Part shown: one piece after another, positions 10,241 to 23,240 of the stretch
How the letters are laid out: every line of letters begins with the position of its first letter
Position numbering within the stretch: position 1 is the first letter of the stretch
Assembly (NCBI GenBank): GCA_000697335.1
Contig: JNEM01011393.1
Location: 1-34,583 of the forward strand
Direction of reading: 5' to 3'
Length of the DNA stretch: 34,583 nt
DNA from: Conidiobolus incongruus B7586
Lineage: Eukaryota
Translations under genes and position numbers: made by a program
The notes under the pieces: model-generated
Databases searched by the model: none
Told to the model about the DNA's origin: nothing
The model's input: only the letters and a program-made list of their open reading frames with translations

Positions 10241-12508
10241 GGTTATAAAATTGATTAATTTCTGCATGAAACAAGATCAACGATAGCATTAATATATACT
10301 TCCACGTTACATTATTCATGTATGATGGCTAATTCCACTCATCTATACAACTTGTTCAACACCATTTAGAACAATTCGTTAATATTGGTTTATATGATTA
10401 TTTAACTTATTTAGTATTATAAGTCTGGATTCAATAGGTCTTAATTTATTTTGATATATTTAAGCTACAATAAAAATTGAATATAATTAGCGAAAATTAA
10501 TAATTCGATTAAAAAACTATCTGATAATTATCAAATAGATTTAGTTTATCAATATAATAATTTTTGTAATATAACTTTGTTTATTATTTTTGATTTATTC
10601 TGCCATATAATTATTACAAAGATATTCGATTATTATAATCTAAGTTATACATTATTCCTAGTTTAATATCAAATTTATTATCTTCATTGATGCAATATAT
10701 GATTGTCAATTTTGAAAAAATTAAAATCGTTCATTTTTAAGAATATATTATCCATTTCTAGTTCTTCCTCCGATATCTACCCATCATAATATAATAATAT
10801 ATAGTTTTTTAATTTAATTGGCTAAATAATAAAAAAATACAAAAATTTATTGCACAACGAAATACAAGTCGGACATGTAAATCTGAATATTATGTGATTG
10901 TACAAAAGCTTTCAAATATAACTTAATTTTATTTCTTTATTTATGAATATTTTAATCAAAAGTAACTTATTTTTTTATTATTGATAATAATACCTATATG
11001 GTGTTTTATTAATACATAACAGTTTTTAGAATAATTTAAAGTTATGTCTATTTCAAAAAAATGGAATATGTAAGATAACCAGTTTGAGATAATCAGTAAT
11101 CCACTTTTGTGTACAAAAATAAGCTCATGGCAAGACACAATTATCTAACTCGTATACATATCCAAACGAGAACTAAAAGCTGAAAGTAGATAAAAATATT
11201 TTTAAAGTATATTATCCAAATTTAAAATGCGATTAAAAATTCTATATATGTATATATTAGACTAATAACATTCATAAAAAATTGTATATAATTTCACTAT
11301 TAAAATATTCACCATTGTAAAATTCTTAAATTCTATTAATCCATTATAATATAATAAGACAGAATTAATAAATTGAAGAGCCGAATTTTTGAATATTGCA
11401 AAATCATTATATATAATTCAATAATCAAACTAATAGATATGAAATTAATAAATAGTCAAAATAATTTTTCAAAGATATATTCACATTATTTATAATAAAT
11501 TTAAATATTCTTATTTTTTTTACAAATTTAAAATTTTTATCAAGTAATAGACAAACTGTGTTTTAATTTATTTCAATAAACTTCAATACATTTTTATATA
11601 TAATATTAAATAATATATAAATGTAATTATTATTCTTAAAAAAATTGTATATAAAAATATATTGATTTCATTGAAAATTGATAATTATACTGCATTTAAT
11701 AATAATATGAACTCAAAAATTTAATTTACATATTCTAGAATTCAAACAAAATTTCAAAATCCATTTAAATAATATGAACCATAATTTAATACAAAATATT
11801 ATATCAAGAATTTAATCTAATTTTTAAATATTGATATCAAATTAATATGTTGACCCAAATGAATAATATAAATGAAATTTATGTCTTATAAATTTGAATT
11901 ATTAAAAATTTGATATATCAACATCCGTAAAGTCAGGCAATTTGAGTTTTCTTTCTAAATATAGGTTCAAAACAAATTTAGTTGATTTTCAATTAATATT
12001 AATAATATGATTTGTATTATTTTCAATTTATTAATTATGTAACCATTCCATGGTTGTACATCCTTTTCCTAGAGCTTTTATTGATTTTAATATATTCTCT
12101 TGATAATTTTAAAATTCGCTTTACTCAAAATTTAAAATTTCATATTGGCTGTATGATTGAAAAAATTTTAATTAATTTATAAATTATTTTGGAAATAATT
12201 TAAAATATTTTATATAAACATATAATATTGATTGAATAATTAAATGTGCAAAATTTAGACTTTTAAATGTTGAAAAAACTTTTAATATGTTAATTGAGAA
12301 AAAAAAAATAAAAATATATATAATTGAAATGAGTTATTATCAATGTTATATAACTTGTAATTCTTGTGAATTAATTTAAATATTTATAAAAAACAATTAG
12401 TAACTAAAATTGAATCAATATTGAAAATTTAATTATATAACTTTGTAATATGAATAATACTTAAAAAATTGCTGTTAGAATAAAAAAAATATTAAATGGA
12501 GAGAATGA

Positions 12509-14176
12509 TTAGTCTACTTGGATTTGATCCACCTCCCTCTTTGCATCCTCCCAAGCCTCCAGGTTTTTCTTGCACCAATTAATGTGAAGTCTGGCAAAAT
12601 TGCCCAAAATTTCGTGGAAGTCCTCAAGTTTTTGGGTTTGGAACCGATCCAGATCTTGTTGAATAGCTGTGCTGAGCTCTTTGAGGTCGAGAGTGGATTG
12701 TTCCAGTTGTTCTTCAAGGTGAATGATGGTTTCTTTGGTTTTCGAGATGTTATTGCGGCGTGTGATCTCAGGATTCACGTCGATGAGACCTTGGATCGTG
12801 TGACCAATGATATTGAGAATGTTGGTACTGCGCTTGGGTGTGGGCATGCTAGGTGCTGTAGATGGGCTTGTTTCGTCTGCCGACGATCCGCGCCTGGACT
12901 GCTGTTTGGGGGAGGGTGTTTGATTTTCGAATACTTCGGCATTGGGCACAAGATCTTGGGAATTGGGGTTGGCTGCAAGTTCTTCTTCATTGTATACGGA
13001 TTCGTCGTCAGAGTAGGGATCTCTGCTTTCGGTTTCCTTTTGGAGCGCTGCAGCAATTTTCTTACTTTCTTCCTCTTGAGCTTCGAGATCTATGAGATAT
13101 GCACGCTTACTTTCAAGCGAGTCAGCTGTATATTCGACTTGAAGGTGGTGCTGATGACGGAACTTGATTACTTTCTTAATGATATCGCCATATTTGACAT
13201 ATTCTTCAATGGGCTCAGCTACTTCACCACCAATAGCATTAACCATTTCTCCAGTGGCCAAGAATGTTTGATCGACAGCCTTACCAACAGTTTCAATGGC
13301 TGTAGCCAACTGATCATTCTCAGTCAAACTAAAACCGTTGTAGGTAGCGCCAAGTTCAGCGCAGTCCAGCGACAAGTCGTTGGCCTTCTTCATTAATCTG
13401 ACAATGGACTTGGAAATAGGACCGCTAATAACATTCGAAAATTTGTTAGTAAACTGCTCAGCTTCGACAAATTTGGGGTCAGGTTTTTTCAAACTGGCAA
13501 GTGCTCCAGGAGCTGTAGGGTTAGGTGAATTAGGATCGCCCTTAGCAGCAGCAGTCGCATGAAACTGAGGGTGTTTGGGCAATGTACTTAACGGAGGAGT
13601 ATTCAAAACTTCTTGCCAGTTGACCCCGTGCTCCAAAAATCGGTGGAAGATATGTTCCGCAGCTAAAATAGGATGACGCTTCACTCTATTTAAAAATGAT
13701 TGCAACATTCGTTTACGTTTTTCGATTATAATCAAATCATCTTTGGCCCTGTTCTGTTTGACGGCGTATTGAGCTAAAACCGTAATAATTAGTGTCAAAT
13801 TAGTATATATGAATAAATAAACCCTTACCAATAGTATGCTTCTCAGGAATAGGAGGCACTACTACAGTTGGATACAATTTCACCAAGGATTTTCTCAAAC
13901 TTTCAAACTCGGAATACCTCCTCCTCACTTCATAATTCTAAACATCTTTTAATATTGTTACTAATATAGAAATTAAAATAAAATTACGTCGAATTGAATG
14001 AGATAAGCAATAAAAGAGTGACCACCCTCCGAGACTTTCTCTGCGTTGGTAATACTGAATTGTAAGTCGTTGGAGCGTACTACTTGACTTAAGTTGCAAC
14101 AAATGGGTCTAGCGTCATTAAAATTATTACTGGGGGTAAATTCGTTTGATGTAGAAAAATTATAAATATCTGTCAT
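12509..14176 (-). CDS. SNX41: PX-BAR sorting nexin, Snx41/Atg20-like (520 aa, 3 exons)
   Basis: Exons 14176-13988, 13937-13829, 13773-12509 with GT-AG introns of 50 and 55 nt join in frame. PX motifs [19 protein letters not shown] and [17 protein letters not shown], then a helical BAR domain. Confidence 0.85.
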
Positions 14177-15191
14177 AGTATTTTTCTAATTATATATTTT
14201 ATTATATTATTTCTTTTGTTTTAAGTGCTATAATATAATATTGATAAGTTTAAAAAGCCCTATTAATAATTAATATTAATATTAAAAAGATAAAAAGTAA
14301 AGTCAAAAATGATGATTCAATCATTATCAAAAAGTTTAGAAAGTTTCAAATTTATTTTAATTGGTTTATTTGAAGAAATTGACAAGTCATTAAAATTATT
14401 TGAATTGTTTTAAATGAAATATTTCTCAAAAGTTTTTAAAAATATCATATAATTAAAGATATTAACATATATGGTTAAAAATAGTTAGATATCTGCAAAA
14501 TATATAGAGAATTAAAATTAATAAACTTTATCGATAGTTAAATATTAATTAATATGTTAATACTTAAAAATTCAAAGAAAAATTAATATTGGTAAGAATC
14601 TTACATATTTAAATATATTTTACAATAAATGAGATTATTCTGAACAAAACTTTATATTAATTAACACTACTTCTCTAATGACATTAACTATTAGATAGTA
14701 GTAGTTTATAATTTTAATAGTATTCTTTAGTTCTTTGTCAGATAATTCTTATTCAAAATATTTATATATAATATGGATTGAAAATTTAAAATATGATAAA
14801 TTTGAATAAAGTCGAATATTTTTTGGATATTTAGCAATTCTAAACGATTTATAGATTAGATTTTTGAATTATGCAAGTTAATGTTATCATATATCATCGA
14901 ATAATAGATATAAATAATTCAAAACTATGGTATTATTTTATATATTTTTCCAAAAAATCAATATTTTTACTCAAGAAAAATCTATACCAAATATGAAAAG
15001 TTTTAAATTGTGACTTATTCCGTCAATATTAATCCAAAAATCAAAATCTTTTCAATTTTCAACTTTTTTCTATTAGAAATTTCCTATTCTTTCAAATTTA
15101 ATAAAATTTAGTGTTTATAGTTTAACTATTACTTTGCCGATTGTTTATGCCAGATTTTTAAATATTGCTAACTTTATTTTTTTTGTGTAAA

Positions 15192-16084
15192 ATGAACTCT
15201 CAAATCACTTTAAATCGTCCTTTGGGTGAAAATATTATAAATACCAGAAGATCTAAAACTCTGTTGGAACAGTTGACCAATTGGCGAATTCTATTACTAA
15301 TAGCTCTATCAGCAGCTTCTCTCGTGGCTTTTAGTTTGGTCACTTTCTTCAAAGGTCCTGAATTAGTAAAATATTTAAATATTGCTAGAGATGAAATTTT
15401 GAAATATCCAAGATGGTAAAATATTATTTTTTAGAATTTTAAAATATTGACTTGGTTTAGGGGTGCTTTAGGACTAGTGTGCTTTTGTTTTTTAACTTGT
15501 TTTCCTCCTTTTACAGGCCACGGTTTTTGCGCTATGTTTACAGGGTACATCTTTGGTGTGGGTTATGGTTTTTTGATAATTTATCCTTCTACTGTATTGG
15601 GTATCATTGGGTGTTATTGGTTAGGAAGGTAATTCATATATTTGAATAATAATACAATTTTTATAAGGTTTTTAGGAAATTGTTCTATAAACAAGTCATC
15701 AAATTATTGTACCAATATCCTACTTTTAAAAAGTTAGACCGAAGAATTGAAAAAGACGGTATCAAACTTGTGATCCTACTTAGGTTGGGACCATATCCAT
15801 TCAGCTGGTTAAACCTCATGTTCAGCAGTATTTCGGTTCCTTTCTACCAATACTTTTGGGTTGTAGTCATAGTAAACATTCGAGTCTTACTCACTATTTA
15901 TATTGGGACTACTTTAGACTCTCTTCTGGATATGTTCCACTCCGGAATTCACGGCAATACCGCCCAAATCGTCGGATTTTGCGTCAGTATGACTTTCTTA
16001 GCCATTAGTAGTATTTACACTTTTTACTACTTTAGGAAGACTGTTAATGATAAGAATTTGGATGAGCCCACTAATGATGTATAG
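15192..16084 (+). CDS. TVP38: TVP38/TMEM64-like (VTT/DedA, SNARE-associated Golgi) membrane protein (266 aa, 3 exons)
   Basis: Exons 15192-15415, 15461-15628, 15676-16084 join in frame. Motifs FPPFTGHG, GYIFG..GF and LLRLGPYPFSWLN are typical of the family. Confidence 0.85.
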
Positions 16085-16409
16085 TGGAGTTTAAAAATTA
16101 ATAGGGTTTTTTATATTTTATTTTGTAGATATTTTGTATTTATAATAAATCGGAGATGTTTGAATCGAGTAAATTATCATTTTAGTCAATTTGAATATCT
16201 TACTATTTTCTTAATATAGTAATTGTCTCGAAAGATGGAAAATTTCCCAATTTAGTGCCTAAGAAAATCTAAACTCCAAATTTGGCATACCCATAAATTT
16301 TCAAACAAATGTTAAAATATAAATTATGATCGAATTCCAATTCACCTAATACACTTCAATAAATAGTCATAATAATCTTTAGTATTAATCATATTTACTT
16401 TTTAACAGA

Positions 16410-17710
16410 ATGGATTTAGAAAATATAACAAATTATGAAAAACTTTTAGAACAAAAATTACGATTAGACGATAGAAATTTCACGTTAGAATTAAATAAAT
16501 CCCAAGGATATGTAGACATATTAGAATATTTATTTAATCTACCGATTGCTACATTTCCAACTGAAGATAACAATAACCAACCCCTGAAAAACTGTATGAA
16601 ACTGGGTTTTTTATGGATGACTAGATGGAGTTTGTTACCTTTGGATTGTATGGTATTAAAACCGCCAACTCCCACACTATTAATCAGTTTTGCCAATACT
16701 TTCCTACCCGGAAATTTAGACTCCTTGAGTAATACTTTCGAAAAATTTTTGGACAAGTACCCCAACCTGCCGCTCGAATTCAACGATTATGGCCTCGAAT
16801 TGAGTGACTATATTTGGCGACTTGTCAAAAAGGTGGAAAAGAGTAACTCCTTCAGGAATTTGGAACAAATTGGGGATCTTTTAAACGAGTTTGCCAATCA
16901 ATTGAGTATCACCATGACCAATTTGAAATTGGTCAGTGATCCTTTGTTCTATGAATTCGGTTTGAACCAGGAGGAGTTGTTGGAGAGTGTTCTACACTTT
17001 TATGAGATATTGACGAAATTAATCACCAAAGACATTTTGAAAGATGTGACGGTTAGAAATAAGACGAAGATTTTGAAGCTGATTCATACAATTGTAGATT
17101 TCAAATACTTCCAGCCCATTCTGAATAACACGACATCCGATCCCAAACAACTTGCAGGGGATTTGAATGCGATAGTGATGGGATGGATGGATCAGTTCCC
17201 AGTGAATTTAAATACATATATCGGTACAGATGCTGCTATCTTTTCCGATATGGAATTTAACTTTGGTTGGAGTGGTAAATTTCAGAAAATTCAGGATACG
17301 ATATTCAATGGGTAAGGTGAACATATTATTTTTCAGATGCTTGTATTAATCAAATTATTAGATATGACTCTAAATCAGAATATATTATTCAATCTCTCAA
17401 ACAATATCTCGATTCCGCATATCAACCTTACAACGGTCACGTCACCCCTACAGGATCTCTACTCGACAGGGCTGCTACACCAAATTTACAGCCTAGTACA
17501 TTAGAATCTCAGGACGACTTACTGACAGCCGAGCAAGAGTCCCTAATTTCGCAAGTTCGCGACTTATTTCCTGAGCTTGGCGAAGGTTATATCCAAGTAT
17601 GTTTACGAGAATTCCATTACGACGTAGAGTTGACTATTATGAATATTTTGGAGAGTAATTTGCCTGATCATATCCTGCAATTGGACAAAGGGATGAGCAG
17701 GATTAAGTAA
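16410..17710 (+). CDS. ASCC2/Cue3(Rqt3)-like CUE-domain protein, ending just after the CUE domain
   Basis: Exons 16410-17311 and 17362-17710 (50-nt GT-AG intron). The second exon encodes LISQVRDLFPELGEGYIQVCLREFHYDVELTIMNILESNLP, an ASCC2-type CUE signature. The 5' end is uncertain (acceptor-like AG at 16407-16408). Confidence 0.7.
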
Positions 17711-18649
17711 AAAGGTTATTTATTTATTGTCGATACATTTGTTAAGTTTGGAAGGGCTTTTATGAATAATATTAGGTGTAATATAACTAACATTGTAATA
17801 AATTGTCTTCTTTACAGATATTTTTTTTCCATATTTTTCGTTGAAAAATTGATTGAAAGATGTCTAGATGAACCACACATGATTAAAAAATATACAATAA
17901 TATACTATATTAATTTTTATAAAAATATATTAATATCAATTCAATTATAATTGATATTATTTTGATAAAAAGTAAATTTATAAATTAATACCATAAATTG
18001 AAAATAGTGGCAAAGATCAATCAAAATTAATATATACATTATAATTAAATTTTTTTAAAATTAATCATTAGAATAGTTAAACAAAATCTTTTTATTAATA
18101 AATCTATAATATTCCAATTAAAAATGTTAAACTTCGAATAAATACTCAATCTATTTAAATATTATTTTTCAAATTTACATCATTTTAATAAAATAGTTAA
18201 ACAGTTATATTGTATTTAAACTTTTAATCAACATTTACTTTTGACTATATAATAATAATGATAATAATAATTTAGTATTTAATATTTTTTTTAAGTTCAA
18301 TAATTAGAATTCATACTTTTTTTGAACATTATCTAATATAATCATAATGAAATCATTAAAAATTAAATCATTATGAATTTGCATTTCAATTGTCACTCAT
18401 AAAATCAACATTTCAATAGTTATATACATAAATCTATAAATCTATAAATATATTTTCGATTTCAAAAACGCTTAAAATAATTAAAAGCATATCTAATAGT
18501 TGTTATTATAGATTAATCCACAAACTAATAGCTTTCATACATGTAATTCTAAATTAATGTATCTAGATTCCCTATTTCAATTGTCCAATTACAAAATTTA
18601 AAAAAATTGGTTTATTATATTAGAGAACAATAAATAAAATACATTTAAC

Positions 18650-19002
18650 TTATTGCAAAAAAGATTTTCTAGCCTTATCTGAACATTCGGACAACTTTTG
18701 TAATTCTGGCATACAGGTTTGGGGATTGTCAACGTTCTTGTTGATACAATCTTCGTACTTATTAATAATGTCGAAGCATTCTGTCTTGATATGTTTGAGG
18801 ATGGGGACACTAAATTGAAGGGTTAATGAATATAATAATGTGATTCTATAGGTGATTACTTATTTTCAGCACAAACCGTGACAGCTTGTCTCTGAGCTTG
18901 ACATTTTGAGGGGTAGTCAGCTTGATACTTCTCAACACATTCGCCCAAGGCTTTAAGTTGTTCGGCGCATTGCTTTTGTACCTGTTGGAAAGTATCGTCC
19001 AT
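18650..19002 (-). CDS. Mitochondrial intermembrane-space protein with two twin-CX9C pairs (MIX14/CHCHD5-like, 100 aa)
   Basis: Exons 19002-18860 and 18809-18650. Four exact CX9C motifs: CAEQLKALGEC, CQAQRQAVTVC, CFDIINKYEDC, CMPELQKLSEC. Not recovered by the ORF track. Confidence 0.88.
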
Positions 19003-19641
19003 TTTAAATTATTTTATATTAAAAAATTATCGTTTCAAATTCATCAACTTGATGAGAATTTATAAATTTTTAATTAGGTAAATTATGAGATTATGGGATT
19101 ATTTTTGTAAAATGATTAATTGATATTTGTGACAATATCTTATATATTATTTGTTTTTTCTAATATCAAATCAAAATTATTAAATAATTAAAAATCAATA
19201 CCTGAACAAGTTATTAACACGATATTTTTATTATTAGCAATAAAACTTAAACTAACTATTTTCGAATATAAAACAATAGTCAAAATTCTTTTCATAGGCT
19301 AACATGCCAATTTTAATAGATGTGCTAGTTAAAAATTTGTTTTAAAATGGGAATTCAATAAACTAAATAATATGAAGAAAATCAATGTACAAAGTTAAAG
19401 TTTTTGACGCAAAGAAACAGCTGAAAAAAATCTAACTAGTATAGAAATTCATTTAAATAATTGCATATATTAAATATAACAACTCAATATTTGGTAGAAA
19501 TTGAGGTGTTAATTGAAACTGATGGATCATTTAACTGTCAACATATTCCGAAATATGAAAGTTATTAAAATTTATGCATATTATGAAATATAATAAGATA
19601 GAAGGTCACATGTGTTTATATATATGCATATTTTCAAATAT

Positions 19642-20517
19642 TCAATGCGGACCTGGGGAAGATTTGAAATAGCGCGTACTTTCTGATTCATTTGATTTCG
19701 TTTTGATATTGGAAATGTAGCCAAGTTGTGCAGGTAGATTGAGATCTCTATGAATAGTCAAAGTATTAGATTAATCAAAGATTATACAATTAATAAGAAA
19801 TTACTTTAAACAATCGAAATCTTCTTCGAAGTGGTATTCAATTTTACTTAATCCAAGTTTCACTCTAAGTTCGTTAACTTCACCTAACCAATATGTTTAA
19901 TAAAATAACTGATGATTTTTATATTTTAATAGTTACTAGTTAATTTTTCTAAACCTTGAGTTCTCAACTCTTCCATATTCTGTATAAACTGTTTACAATT
20001 TTCTATTAAATTAGACTCTAGTTGTTCAACCTGAACCCAATTGAAATTAGCGATTTAATATTTGTAATAAAATAATAGGGGTATTACTGTTGTTATATCA
20101 TCCTGAATCGATTTTAAATCTTCCAAAACACTTCTCTTCTCCTCCATCAAATTCTCTTTCTCCCTCTGTACTTCACTTAATAACTGCTGCTGGCGTATCA
20201 GGTGTAAAACTGTAGTTTGGACAACTTCTCGTGTTTGATTCATCTGAAGTACTCTATCTCTATTAAAACAATTAATAACTTGTTGAAATTTTAAAGATTT
20301 GGTAGTTACTCGAGTAATTTTAACTGGTCCAACTGTTCCAATTGACCAGGTGTAATAGGTGCTATATTATCTTCCGAAATTCTATTTCAGGATTAATTTA
20401 ATGTCTAAAACTTTTTCTCTAAATTTACTTTTTATCTTCAAAATTATCCATTTCCCTAGGGGAACGAGCAAGTTCGGCATCGGTTCCAAAATTTTCAATC
20501 TCGTTATCTTGTTTCAT
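19642..20517 (-). CDS. Six-exon coiled-coil protein (203 aa) resembling the ZC4H2 (zf-C4H2 family) N-terminal region, with no zinc finger
   Basis: Exons 20517-20429, 20381-20310, 20259-20088, 20030-19937, 19883-19805, 19747-19642; five GT-AG introns of 47-57 nt all join in frame (612 nt). Segments LMEEKRSVLEDLKSIQDDI and EVNELRVKLGLSKI recall ZC4H2. Confidence 0.75.
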
Positions 20518-22579
20518 ATTATATATATATATATATTATCTCTTTGTCTTTTTATATATTTTATAGAAAACAATTATAATAATATTTATAAGATTTTGAA
20601 AAGTGATACTTTGGAAAAAGAACAATAAATTAAATAAAAAAAGTTTAAATTGTGTTTATAATTATCCCTGAAATTTTTAGTCAACACCAATGACATTTTG
20701 ATAATTGGGGATTTGGTTTGAATGATTAGATTAGTATTTATTTAGTTTAAATTTAGTTTCGAGTAGTTGTATTGAAGATTGTTTAGTTTGAATTGTTGAA
20801 TAACTTGGTGTATGGTTATTCGGTATTTGAGAGAGGTTTCTTTGTATTTTAAAGTATTAATACCTTGATATAATTATCTTTGTTTAGTTTCTTTACTATT
20901 ATAATTATTATAAATCTGCAAGTATCACTTAACCTTTGTTAACTAAATTACTTCTCAAACTCAATGCTTCTTTTTTTAGTGGTAATATTCTTAATCTTTT
21001 CCATTTGAATCCAGATTGTTGATATTTTTGATTTTTTTTAGATTTTAATTATCATGAGCTGGAATTTTGCAAATATTGATATTTTTCAGAAAATCTTTTA
21101 TTCATTATTAGATTATATGAAGTTGATTTGATTTGAAAATGCTTTGTTAATGGTCGGATTATTATATAAATGAAAATTATCATTTTTTTAGCTTTGATTA
21201 ATTTTAAAATTTAAACATTTGATATCAATATATAATAAACAATCAAGAAGTTTATAAAAAGATTTATTAATATTTCGATATACGCTACAAGATATATTCA
21301 ATGTAATATCTTATATGAATATAACCTTCATTTTGTGATCATTTTAAAACAAGCAAATCTTCAAGTTTGTAAATGGATAAAATAACTAATTTGTTAATTA
21401 TATAATAACATAATGCAAGTTTCTTTATCAACTTATTTTAAAAAATCCACTATATTATTTTGAATTATGTTTTATCTTAGTGAATATATTTGATCAAACA
21501 TTTAAATAAAAATTATAATGCAGAATTAAATAATTTAATTTTTTGGTGGTATCAATGGAGAATTTTAAAGGTGAATAATAGCTCAAAGAGATAAAAAATA
21601 GTTGTATTTGCTAATCAAATAGTGCTCTAATTAACAAACAATAGTTAGGTATTTTTATTATATTGCATTAGTCACGGTTTGATCATTAATTCAAATAATA
21701 TGGGTTTTTAGTTTATAACATCATATTAGGCTTACATATTGAATTAGATAACAAAAATTTATTAATATTTATCAAAAGTTGATAATTAATGTATATTTTG
21801 GAAGGAAAAGGTTGTGATGAAAATTTAGTCATAATTTGATTCAAATTTTAAGCTCAAAATCTAAAAGTAATATGATATTTGAATAATACATTTTTGAGCT
21901 ATTATATGTTCTAAATTTTAAATATATTGAAATTATTTGCTATAAAAGCTGTTCAAAATGATATATTAAAAAATATAATGTTATTTAGGAATTGACAATA
22001 TTGGTAATAATAATCAAACTTTATATTTTAAGAATAATTTATGATTCAAAATTTTTTTGTATATTAATGCTGTGATAATTGAAAGTAATAGGAGGCTAAC
22101 TGAGTAAAATATACTTGAAAAGTTTCGTGTATAAAATATTGTTTTACTTAAGTAAAAATATTAACGTGTTTCGCATATAAAAAATCATAAAAAGCTAGAT
22201 TTAGAAATTTTTAAAATAATATAATATAATATTTGTTGAAATAAAAAATTTTAAACGATCGTAATACCAAACAAATACATAAAAATTTGATAAGGCGACA
22301 TATTTAATATATTGAGTTAAAAGAAAAGCCTTTTAGATTGTATAATTTTACTATTTGTTTATTGAATAAATAAAATAGATAATTTAATGATGATAGATAT
22401 AAAGTTTAGATATTAAATATGAAGATGTATTGTATAAAAAGGTTTAGAAATTGAAAAGGGGTTAAAAATAAAGAAATAACAAAATAAAAAAAAAAATTGA
22501 GAAAAAAATAAAAATAGAAAGAATTTTTTCAAAATTAAATTAACAAGTTTATATATATTACTTAATGGAAACTTCTCAA

Positions 22580-22651
22580 GGCTTCATGGTCTAGTGGTAT
22601 GATTCCCGCTTTGGGTGCGGGAGGTCACGGGTTCAATTCCCGTTGGAGCCC
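22580..22651 (+). tRNA. tRNA-Pro(TGG), intronless
   Basis: Acceptor GGCTTCA/TGGAGCC, D-arm TGGTCTAGTGGTATGATT, anticodon arm CCCGC-TT-TGG-GT-GCGGG, T-arm ACGGG-TTCAATT-CCCGT. Confidence 0.97.
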
Positions 22652-23240
22652 CTTGGTTCTTGATTTTTAAAATTCAAATTATTTTTATAATTTTCAACAC
22701 ATTTTTATTTATTTAATATCGTTTATTGTCATTTATATTATTTGAATAGAAATGATAACATTGAAATAATTACATTTAATATATCATATATTTACATTTA
22801 TTTCACTAAATCTTTTATTCATTTTCCATATAATTTAATTTATATATTAGCTATTAACTTAACAATTTATATATGTGTTTAATTATATTCAACAATCAAA
22901 ATCAGTAATAATTGATATCAATTTAAATTATTATTAAATCTCAAATTTTGAATATTTAATCAAATTGTTTTCAAAATTAATAATAAAAATATTCAATTTT
23001 TAATATACAATTAATTTAAACATATTTAAAACATATTTATACATTCTAATCTAAATTTCATTTTTTGATTTAATTTCAAATCTATATAAATTTATGTTAG
23101 AAAAGAAATCAGATAATTTAAATTCTAAATATTCTTATAAACTGAATATGAAATACTATCATATTAAATTAACTATGAGCTGATGATAAATTCAAATTAT
23201 TAGACATGCTGAAGCATTTAAACAAATTAACAAAATAAAA

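Noticed and set aside
12518..13396. 292-aa plus-strand ORF and smaller nested ORFs
   Set aside because: Antisense shadow of the sorting nexin exon; non-ATG start and no recognisable motifs.
20660..21070. Minus-strand coding-like stretches (e.g. QQSGFKWKRLRILPLKKE)
   Set aside because: No consistent spliced frame and no recognisable family.
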